This document shows, piece after piece, positions 45,698-55,500 of a stretch of DNA of 64,000 bases. The notes under the pieces are model-generated. The model was given only the letters and a program-made list of their open reading frames with translations. It searched no databases and was not told where the DNA came from. Where the stretch lies: positions 30-64,029 of the forward strand of contig JACCTS010000081.1 in NCBI GenBank assembly GCA_013812245.1, in the 5' to 3' direction. The position numbers and the translations under genes were made by a program. Position 1 is the first letter of the stretch. Each line of letters opens with the position of its first letter. The DNA comes from Rubrobacter sp. GTDB lineage: Bacteria; Actinomycetota; Rubrobacteria; Rubrobacterales; Rubrobacteraceae.

Positions 45698-46741
45698 CTA
45701 CCGCCTCGTCGCGCTGGTCTTTGGGGTTCGGAGCACGGCGTCAAGTATCGGGGCGGCTGATCCACGTATCGGGTCTGCGGCCGGCAGCCCGGTCTCATCG
45801 GATACCCTGGCGACCAGGTCTTTCGCCTCGTGATCGTCGAGGCCCCGCGTGTTGACGCTGACGGCGACCACTGGAGCGGGCTTGACGAGGGCCGCAACCT
45901 CTTCGTAGAGACGGGCGGCACGAGGCACCGCCGGACGCGGGACGCCGGCCATTATCTCTTCATCCGAAGCGTCGGCGCAGAGGATGAGGCAATCGGCGCA
46001 CGAGCCGTGCAATAGCCCGAGCGTCACCCCGGAGTATGCCGGATGGCCGAGAGAACCCTGTCCCTCGACCAGTATGAGGTCTGGCTCCGCCTTCGCCGCT
46101 TCCAGGACGAGCTGTTCAGCAGCACCGGCTATGAAGTCGGAGACGACGGCGTCAACGCAGATGCCCCAACCGGAGATCACGATCCCCGTCTGCCCCGTCG
46201 CCGCGAATGCGGTGGATACGCTCCTCTCCCTCGCGGCCCGCTCTATCTCCAGCGTCGCGGTCATCTTGCCGATGGCGCTGCTGGTCCCGACGGTGAGCGC
46301 GACCTTCGGCCCTACCGCGAACCCCTCGCCGGAGAAGAGCGGCACGTCTTCCGGTGGCTCGCGCACGTCCCAGACCCGCGCCTCCGGAAACTCCGGCGCG
46401 AGGCGCTGGTGCAGGCCGCTGACGATCTCCAACCTCGCTTCGGCCGCTTCCGCGATGGATCTCCGCCACTCCTCCGGCAGCCGGCCACCAGGGGGCGCTA
46501 TACCGACGAGCAGGGAGGTTGGAGAATACGCGAGCGCCTCCTCGAGTGTGCCGACGATGGGGGCGTCACGCCGCAGGTCGGGCGCGACTTCGAGCACCTT
46601 TCGTCCGGCGAGCGTAGAGTCTATTACGCAGGCGACCTCGTCCCGGCCGTAGCGCAGGAGACCGTGGGCGGTCTTGGCGCTCTCGAAGCGGCCTTCGGCG
46701 AAGACCGCGTAGCGGCGTTCGGGGACGTGGTCCGGGATCAC
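45698..46741 (-). CDS. DUF1611 domain-containing protein (DgcN-like)
   Basis: RRYAVFAEGRFESAKTAHGLLRYGRDEVACVIDS... matches DUF1611. The GTG start overlaps the epimerase stop (GTGA). Confidence 0.8.
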   Translation of the reverse strand: MIPDHVPERRYAVFAEGRFESAKTAHGLLRYGRDEVACVIDSTLAGRKVLEVAPDLRRDAPIVGTLEEALAYSPTSLLVGIAPPGGRLPEEWRRSIAEAAEARLEIVSGLHQRLAPEFPEARVWDVREPPEDVPLFSGEGFAVGPKVALTVGTSSAIGKMTATLEIERAARERSVSTAFAATGQTGIVISGWGICVDAVVSDFIAGAAEQLVLEAAKAEPDLILVEGQGSLGHPAYSGVTLGLLHGSCADCLILCADASDEEIMAGVPRPAVPRAARLYEEVAALVKPAPVVAVSVNTRGLDDHEAKDLVARVSDETGLPAADPIRGSAAPILDAVLRTPKTSATRR

Positions 46742-47748
46742 GCGGTCTCCACCGGCTCTACCCCGAGACCGGGAACTTCAGGGAGCAGGATGCGTCCGTT
46801 CTCGACGTGGAGACCTTCGAACGGGTCGTCAGCAAGGAGCAGGAACCCGTCGAGGTCCACGAAATCCACCAGGCCGGATACCTGGACCGCGGCGGCTATA
46901 CCGAGCGAGGTCTCCACCATGCAGCCGAGCATCACCTTCATGTCGTGGGCGCGGGCCGTGTGGATCATGGCCAGCGCACCCCGGATGCCGCCGCACTTGG
47001 CGAGCTTGACGTTCACCCCGCTCACGCACCCGGCCAGCTTCGGCACGTCACGAGCGTCCATGGCGCTCTCGTCGGCGATGACGGGGACAGGCGCTGCAGC
47101 CTCCGTCGCCGCCCGCAGGGCCTCCGATCCTTCAGAGGCCGGGACGGGTTGTTCGATCATGGCGACCCCGATGTTCCTCAGCCGCCGGACGACCTCCGGC
47201 GCTTCTTGTGGGGAGAATGCCTCGTTGGCGTCGACCCATATCTCGGCGTCCGAAGCCTGCGCCACGGCGCGGACGGTCTCGATATCATCCCAGCCGCCCA
47301 CCTTCATCTTGAAGATCGAAAACCCGGATCTAGCGAGCTCCCTGGCCCCATCTAGGGTCGTCTCCCGTTCGGCGATGCCCAGGGTGTAGGCGGTCGCGGA
47401 CATTGGGCGGCCGAGGCCGAGGAGACGATAGACCGGGACGCCGAGCCTCTTCGCCGCCAGGTCGTGGAGCGCGGCGTCGAGGGCGGCGAGCGAAGCTGGC
47501 GGCAGGTGAGCGTTGGCCGCGAGGGTTCCTTCGAGGTTCCAGGGGTCTTCTACCTCTACGGTCTCCAGGGCGGAGCGCGCGTCTTCGGCGTTCTGACCGT
47601 AGTAGCCCGTCGGGGCGGCCTCACCCCGGCCCTTCGTCCCGTCTTCCTCCACCTCGAGGATCACGCGCCCGAAGTCGTCGGCGGAGGAGCGGGCGATGGC
47701 GAAGGTGCGTTTGGTGTGTACCGTGACTATTTTCGCCCGGAGCTTCAT
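46738..47748 (-). CDS. dipeptide epimerase / N-acyl amino acid racemase-like enolase-superfamily enzyme
   Basis: Starts MKLRAKIVTVHTKRTFAIARS. Contains FKMKVGG, VDANEAF, IEQP, IADES and KCGG motifs of the L-Ala-D/L-Glu epimerase group. Confidence 0.85.
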   Translation of the reverse strand: MKLRAKIVTVHTKRTFAIARSSADDFGRVILEVEEDGTKGRGEAAPTGYYGQNAEDARSALETVEVEDPWNLEGTLAANAHLPPASLAALDAALHDLAAKRLGVPVYRLLGLGRPMSATAYTLGIAERETTLDGARELARSGFSIFKMKVGGWDDIETVRAVAQASDAEIWVDANEAFSPQEAPEVVRRLRNIGVAMIEQPVPASEGSEALRAATEAAAPVPVIADESAMDARDVPKLAGCVSGVNVKLAKCGGIRGALAMIHTARAHDMKVMLGCMVETSLGIAAAVQVSGLVDFVDLDGFLLLADDPFEGLHVENGRILLPEVPGLGVEPVETA

Positions 47749-47863
47749 ATTCGGGAATTTTAGCGGGCGCGGGCGTGGAGTTCTCGGCATGGTCGATCAC
47801 GGTGGTTCAAGGTCTACCCAGGGTTTATACTGCGGGCGTCTCGACGAAGATCGGAGCAGCGCT

Positions 47864-48595
47864 TTGGCAAGGACCATAGCGGAGATCCTGGTGGTCGAAG
47901 ACGACCGGGGGATACTGGAAGCCCTTTCATACAACCTTTCCCGGGAAGGTTTCGGGGTGAGCCGGGCCACCACCGGCGCGGAGGCGCTCGGCATCGCCCG
48001 CAAGCTCCGGCCTGACCTCATCCTGCTGGATATCATGCTGCCGGAAGAGTCGGGCATAGAGGTATGCCAGAAGATCCGGGAGCGCGACGAGGACGTGGTG
48101 ATCGTCATGATCACGGCCAGGGACGCCGAGGAAGACAAGGTCCTTGGCTTCGAGGTGGGCGCGGATGACTACGTGACCAAACCTTTCGGGATGAAGGAGC
48201 TCATCGCGCGCATATATGCGAACCTGAAGCGGAGCGAGGTCGGCCATCGCGGCCGGGTTCTCGAAGCCGGAGACCTCCAGATAGACACCAAGAACTATCA
48301 GGCCACCGTAAATGGGAATCCCCTGTCGCTCCGCCTGAAAGAGTTCGAGCTTCTGGTGGCGCTGGCGGGCGCGCCGGGGGAGTTGAAGAGCCGGGAGGAG
48401 CTGGCGAAGGAGGTGTGGGGACACGCCGGGGTCGGATCCTCGCGCACCATCGACGTGCACGTGCGCCGCATAAGGGCCGCTCTCGCGGAGGTCTCCTCCT
48501 ACGAGTTCATCCACACCGCCAGGGGCCTCGGCTACCGCTTCGAGGCCGTGCCCGGCGTCCGGGTCGGTACTACGAACGAGTCGCCGGAGCGATGA
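47864..48595 (+). CDS. OmpR/PhoB-family response regulator
   Basis: REC domain (ILVVEDDRGILE...LLDIMLPEESG) plus winged helix (LSLRLKEFELLVAL...RTIDVHVRRIR). The TTG start is uncertain. Confidence 0.85.
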   Translation: MARTIAEILVVEDDRGILEALSYNLSREGFGVSRATTGAEALGIARKLRPDLILLDIMLPEESGIEVCQKIRERDEDVVIVMITARDAEEDKVLGFEVGADDYVTKPFGMKELIARIYANLKRSEVGHRGRVLEAGDLQIDTKNYQATVNGNPLSLRLKEFELLVALAGAPGELKSREELAKEVWGHAGVGSSRTIDVHVRRIRAALAEVSSYEFIHTARGLGYRFEAVPGVRVGTTNESPER

Positions 48596-48599
48596 TCGC

Positions 48600-49349
48600 G
48601 TGCTGGAAGGCGGCAGGAGAGACCTGGACCACGTAGGCCCGGAGGAACTGAGACGGGTCAACAAGATCCGGCGCGACTTCGTCGCCAACGTCTCTCACGA
48701 GCTGAAAACCCCGGCGACGTCCCTGAGGCTCCTGGCGGAGAGCGTGGTCGAGACCATAGAGGACGACCCCGACCAGGCCCGCTTCTTCGCCGAGCAGATG
48801 AAAAACGAGACCGAGCGCCTGGGCCAGCTCATTGCGGACCTCCTGGATCTCGCGCGCCTGGAGAGCGAGGAGTCGGTCCAGAGCCCCAGCCCCGTTGACG
48901 TACGCCACGTGCTGATAGTGGTGCTCGGACGCTTGCGGCGGGTGGCCCGCAGCAAGGACATCACCCTGCAATGGAAGCGCTTCGGACGGAGCGCCCAGTA
49001 CGAGATCCAGGGCGACGAAACCCAGTTGACCTCTATGTTCACGAACCTCGTGGACAACGCCATAAAATATACGCCATCCGGTGGGCTGGTCGAGGTGACG
49101 GGCGGCTCGGACGACCTCGGCGTAACCGTCCGTATTTCTGACACAGGTATCGGCATCTCGGAGGGGAAACTGCCCCGCATCTTCGAGCGGTTCTACCGGG
49201 TGGACAAGGCCCGTTCCAAGGAGACCGGGGGCACCGGCCTCGGGCTCTCCATCGTTCGTCACGTCGCAGAGAACCACGGCGGCAGGGTTACGGTCGAGAG
49301 CGAACCCGGAGAGGGTACGATCTTCACCGTATACTTGCCGCAGGGTTGA
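48600..49349 (+). CDS. histidine kinase, cytoplasmic core only (no TM or sensor domain)
   Basis: H-box FVANVSHELKTPATS. HATPase motifs NLVDNAIKYT, DTGIGI, GGTGLGLSIV. Only 249 aa. Confidence 0.8.
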   Translation: MLEGGRRDLDHVGPEELRRVNKIRRDFVANVSHELKTPATSLRLLAESVVETIEDDPDQARFFAEQMKNETERLGQLIADLLDLARLESEESVQSPSPVDVRHVLIVVLGRLRRVARSKDITLQWKRFGRSAQYEIQGDETQLTSMFTNLVDNAIKYTPSGGLVEVTGGSDDLGVTVRISDTGIGISEGKLPRIFERFYRVDKARSKETGGTGLGLSIVRHVAENHGGRVTVESEPGEGTIFTVYLPQG

Positions 49350-49504
49350 ACCGTGGGTCGAAGCCGAACGCCATGGGCAAAGACCGCGGCGGATATCGGA
49401 GCCGGAGCTAAAGCCGGGCTCGTGAACGGACGAAAACGGTGCACGAGTTCACGGGTCGCGGCTGTCGTAGGCGGTACCTGACAAGCAGGAGCAAGAGAGC
49501 AAAT

Positions 49505-52500
49505 ATGACGATATCGCGCAAATTATGGTTGGGCTTCGGGACCCTGGTCCTGCTCTTCCTGCTCGCTGGCCTGATCGTCTTGCTCGGCGAGAGGACCATC
49601 GGCAACACCCTCCAGGAGATAGTGGAGGTCGAGGAACCAACCCGCTCCGCAGTCTACGAGATGGAGATCAACGCGGGCGAGCTAGGCTCGAACGTGCGGG
49701 GCTACGTGGAGACCGGCGACCCACGGTATCGCGAGCGGTTCGAGAAGAACCGGGCGGAATTCGAGAAGTACAAGGCCCGCTACGACGAGCTGGTGGACAC
49801 AGAGACGGGACGGCGGCATAGCGAGCGGATCTCTTCCCTCTACGAAGAGTACGCCGCCCTGGGAGAAAGCCTGACGAACCTGAGTGGCGAAGAGACCGGA
49901 ACAGAAAGCACCCAGGCGGACCTGCGGAGGTTCACGGGGCTGGGCGACGAGTTGAAGGGCGTGCTCAACGAAAAGGCGCAACCGTGGGCCGACAGGCAAC
50001 TCGCGGGTTCGGAGACGGACGCGAACAGAGCAATCCGCAGCGTGTACGCGACGGTAGCCATCCTGCTGCTGCTCGGTCTTCTGGCGGGAGCGCTGGCCGC
50101 CTACTTCATCAACCGGGGAATCCTCGGCTCCGTTCGCAGGCTGGAGGACGGGGCGCGCAGGATCGGGCGTGGCGAGATGGACCACAGGATCGAACCGTAC
50201 GCCGGCGACGAGCTCGGCGAGGTGGCGGTCGCCTTCAACGAGATGCTGGACCGGCGCCGCGAGTCCAACGCGGCGCTCAGAGAAGCCGAAAACAGGTACC
50301 GCGAACTGGTGGAGAACATCCCGGCGGCCGTCTACATTCAGTCAGCCGACACTGGAACCCTCACCTATATCAGCCCGCAGATCGAACAGCTGCTGGGCTA
50401 TACGCCGGAGGAGCGTCTGTCCAACCTCAACGGGGATTGGCTCGGCCTGGTCCACCCCGACGACAGAGAGCGGGTCCGGGCCGAGGGCGAACGAACGGAC
50501 GAGACCGGCGAACGCTTGCGCATGGAGTACCGCCAGCGTGCGAAGGACGGCCGGTACGTGTGGATCAGGGAAGAGGCCGTGCTGATCCGCGACGACGATA
50601 ACGAACCCCTCTACTGGCAGGGCTTGCTTTTCGACATAACCGAGCGCCGGCACGTCGAAGACGCCCTGGCGCAGAGCGAAGAGCGGTACCGCACCCTCGT
50701 CGAGCATACGCCCGCCATCACCTATACCGAGAAAGTCAGCGAGTCGGGTGTCACCTCCTACGTCAGCCCGCAGGTCGAGCAGATGCTGGGTTACACACCA
50801 GAAGAACTGGACGAGAAGGACCCGTTCTGGGTCGCCATGCATCCCGAAGACCGGGAGAGGGTCCTGGCGGAGGACGGGCGTACCAACGAGACCGGCAAGC
50901 CGTTCGAGGTCGAGTACCGCGCGCTCCACAAGGACGGCCGGGTGGTGTGGGTCAGGGACAGGGCCGTCCTGGTCTCGACGGACGAAGACGGTACGCAGCA
51001 CTGGCAGGGCGTGATCCACGACATCACCGAACGCAAAGCGGCCGAGGAGGAGCTGCAACGCAGGGAGGAGTGGTTCCGCTCCCTGGTCCAGAACTCTTCC
51101 GACGTGACCGTGGTGATCGAAGCCGACGGGACCATCAAGTATCAGAGCCCCGCCGTGAAACAGGTGCTAGGTCTCGAAAACACCAACCTCGTCGGCACCA
51201 ACGTCTTCGAGACAGTCGATTTTCCGCCGCGGGACCTGGAGGACTTGCAAGCCGCCCTGTCGGAGCTCCTGACGAGGCCCGGCGAGAGCACCTCGCTCGA
51301 AGCGAGGGCCAGGCACGGGGACGGCTCGTGGCGGGTGCTCGAGATCGTCGCGACCAACCTGCTGGACGACCCCACCGTGGGTGGCATAGTGGGCAACTAC
51401 AGGGACGTGACGAGACGCAACGAGGCGCAGGAGAAGCTCCGGGAAAGCGAGGAACGCTACCGGCTGGTCGCCAGGGCCACCAACGAGGCGATCTGGGACG
51501 TAGATCTCCTGGCAGACCGCCAGGTGTGGAACGGGGCGGTCGAGGCGATGTTCGGCTATCCCGCTCGCCAGGAGACGAGCAGCGCGTGGTGGAAGGACCA
51601 CCTGCATCCCGATGACAGAGAGCGGGTCGTCTCGGGCATAAACTCCGTGCTAGAGACCGGTGGAGAGATGTGGTCGGAGGAATATCGTTTCCGGCGCGCC
51701 GACGGCACGTACGCGACGGTCGTGGACCGGGCCTACGTGATGCGCAACGAGGAGGGCACACCGGTGCGTCTGATCGGCTCGATGCTGGACGCCACAGAGC
51801 GCAAACGGGCCGAAGTGGCGCTGCGCCAGAGCGAGGACCGCTACCGCCGGCAGGCTCAGGAGCTTGCCCTGCTCGACAAGGTCCGCTCCGCCCTGGCTCG
51901 CGAGCTCGATCCGCAGGCCATCTACCGCACCGTCGTCGAAGCGATTGCGGACACTTTCGGCTACGCTCTGGTGAGCCTCTACCTGGTCAAGGAAGGCCAT
52001 CTCGTCCTCCAGCATGAGGTCGGCTACCCTCAAGTCCTCGACAATATCCCGCTCGAGACAGGCGCGATGGGAAGGGTGGCGCGAACCGGCGAGCCGGTCC
52101 TGATCCAGGACAGCGACGCGGACCCCGACTTCATCACGGCATTCGACGGAATAATCTCCGAGGTGTGCGTGCCCCTGTTCTACGAGGACGGGGTCACCGG
52201 CGTAGTAAACCTCGAAAGTATCGGAGGCGTGAGGCTCGGTGAGCGCGACCTGCGGCTCATGGAGGCGCTCGGCGAGCAGGCGAGCATCGCGATCAGCCGC
52301 TCCCGGCTCTACGCGGAGGTCCGGGAGAACGAGGAGGAACTACGCGCTCTGTTCGCGGCGATGAACGACGTGATCTTCGTGCTCGACGAAGAGGGACGCT
52401 ATCTGGAGATAGCTCCGACCAATCCTTCGCTACTCTACCGTCCTTCCGAGGAGTTGCTTGGCAAGACACTGCACGAGGTGATGCCGGAGGAGCGGGCCAG

Positions 52501-55500
52501 CATGTTCCTGGATTACATCCGGCAGGCGTTGCGGACACGGCAACCCGTCAACGTGGAGTACGACCTGCCCATCAACGGCAGAGATGTGTGGTTCTCCGCC
52601 ACCGTCTCCCCGGTGCGGGAAGGCGCCGTCCTCTTCGTAGCCCGCGACGTGACCGAACGCAAGCGTTCGGAGAGGGATCTTGCCAGGGAGCGCGAGTTCC
52701 TGCGCGCAACCCTGGAGAACCTCAAGGACGGCATCGTGGCCTGCGACGCCGAAGGAAACCTGACGCTGTTCAACCAGTCCACCCGCGAGTTCCACGGCAT
52801 CGCCGAGGAGCGGCTCGGGCCGGAGGAGTGGAGCGACCGCTACGACCTGTTCCTCCCCGATGGACACACGCCCATGCGCACGGAGGACATCCCCCTGTTC
52901 CGCGCCCTGGGCGGCGAGAACGTGCGCGACGCGGAGATGATCATCGCGCCCAAAGAAGGTCCGACGCGCACGCTGCTGACGAGCGGACAGGCTTTCTACG
53001 ACGGGGAGGGCAACAAGCTAGGCGCGGTCGTGGCGATGCACGACATCACGGAGCGCAAGCATGCGGAGAGAGAGCGGCTGGAGGCCGAGACCCGCTACCG
53101 GACCCTCGTCGAGCAGACGCCGGTCGTCACCTACAGGGAGAAGTTCAGCGTGCCCGGCATGGAACCGTACGTGAGCCCGCAGGTCGAGCGGCTCCTGGGT
53201 TATTCTCCGCAGGAGTTTCTGGAAGACCTCACGCTCTGGGAGAGCCTCATCCATCCGGAGGACCGCGAGATGTTCGAGGCCGCCGACGAGCGCGCCAGCG
53301 AGACCGAGGACCCGATGGACGTGGAGTACCGCATGGTCGCCCGGAATGGCCGCGTGGTGTGGGTACGCGACGAGGCGGTCCCGGTGCGCGACGGAGACGG
53401 AGGGTTGCAATTCTGGCAGGGCATCGTCTCGGACATCACGGATCGCAGGGAGGCCGAGTCGAAGCTGCAGGAGGCGGAGGTCCGTTATCGCACCCTGGTG
53501 GAGCACATGCCGGCCATCACCTACACCGAGCGCGCGGACGAAGAAAGGTCCACCATCTACGTCAGCCCTCAGGTCGAGACGGTGCTCGGCTACAAGCCCG
53601 ACGAGTGGCTCTCGGACCCGGAACTCTGGTACCGGACGCTGCATCCCGCCGACCGCGAGCGCGTGCTGGCCGAGCGCCTGCGTACCAACGAGTCCGGCGA
53701 CCCGTTCGAGATGGAGTACCGCTGTTTTGCCGAAGACGGCCGAGAGGTGTGGGTGCGCGACGAGGCGTTGCTGGTACGCGATGAAAAAGGCGAGGCTCTC
53801 TATTGGCAGGGCGTCAAACTCGACATCACCGGCCGCAAGCAGGCTGAGGAAGACCTGCGGGCGGCGGAAGCCCGTTACCGCACGCTCGTCGAGCGGCTGC
53901 CGGCGGCAACCATCGTACAGGAGATCGGAAGCCCAGACGCCGCGCTGTACATAAGCCCGCAGATAGAAGACATAACGGGCTATGCCCCGGAGGATTGCCA
54001 GGACCCGGACCTCAGGTACCGTATGGTGCATCCCGAAGACCGCGAGTGGATCATGGCCGAAGACGATCAGGCCGGCCAACCCGGACAGGTTACCACCACG
54101 GAGTACCGCGTGGTCCATCGCACCGGCCGGACGGTCTGGGTGCGCAACGAAGCGGTAATAGTCGAGGACGAGAGGACCGGGGCCCGCTACTGGCAGGGTC
54201 TGATGACCAACATCACCGAGCGCAAACAGGCCGAGGAAGAGTTGCGCGAGGCCGAGGAGCGGTTCAGGAGCGCCTTCGACGACTCCTCCATCGGCATGGT
54301 CCTCACCGGACCGGACGGGAGCTTCTTGCAGGTCAACGCCGCAATGTGCGAGATGCTCGATTACTCCGAGGCGGAGCTTACGGCGGCGACCTTCACGGAT
54401 ATCACCCACCCCGACGACGTGCGGGAGAGCGCGGACATGGTGCGCCGGGCCCTGGCGGGTGGGCTCCGCACCTTCGAGTTCGAGAAGCGCTACATCCACA
54501 AGGACGGACACGTTGTGTGGACTTCGGTGAGCAGTTCGCTGGTGCGCGACGGGCAGGGGGATCCCCTCCACTTCACCACCCAGGTGCAGGACATCACCGA
54601 GCGCAAGCGGGCGGAAGAGGAGATCCAGCGCCTCAACGAGGGCCTGGAGCGGCGGGTGCGCGAGCGCACGGCCAGGCTCCGGAACGCGCTCACCGAACTT
54701 CGGGAGAGCGAGGAACGCTACGGCCTGGTGGTCGAAGGCTCCAACGACGGCATCTACGATTGGAACGTCCGCTCCGGCGAGATGTTCTGGAACGATCGGC
54801 TCTTCGAGATCGTCGGCCTCTCCCGCGGGGAGTTCACGCCAACCCTGGACGGGTTCTTCGATCTCATGCATCCAGAGGACCGCGAAACGGTATCCGCGTC
54901 ACTCGAAGCCCACATGGAAGAGGGTGAAGAGTTCGACGTAGAGTTCCGCTTCCAGCGGTCTTCGGAGGAGAATCGGACCTGCATCATACGCGGGAAAGCC
55001 CAGCGCGATAGAAACGACAAGCCTTTCCGCATGGCGGGTACGGTGACCGACATTACCGAACGCAAGCGGGTGGAAGAGGTTTTGCGTCTCAGGGACCGGG
55101 CCATCTCCGCGAGTTCCAACGGGCTCGTCATCTCCGACCCCAAGCTGCCGGACAACCCTTTGATCTACGTGAACCCCGCCTTCGAGGAGATGACCGGCTA
55201 CACGGCCGAAGAGGCGCTGGGCCGCAACTGCCGCTTCCTGCAAGGCGAGGACGGAGATCAAGAAGCCATAGCCGTGCTGCGGGAGGCCATCCGGGAGGGA
55301 CGGGACCACACGGTGGTCTTGAGGAACTACAAGAAAGACGGCACGCTCTTCTGGAACGAGCTCTCCGTCTCGCCGGTGCGCAACGAGCGGGGCGATCTGA
55401 CGCATTTCGTGGGGGTGCAGAACGACATCACGCTACGCAAGCGGGCGGAAGAGGAGATCCGGCGCTTCAACGAGACCCTGGAGCGACGCGTGGAGGAGCG

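Noticed and set aside
50280-55450. Periodic approx 390-bp repeats as a possible CRISPR or satellite array.
   Set aside because: They are in-frame PAS-domain modules of one continuous ORF, with diverged rather than identical units and no spacer architecture.
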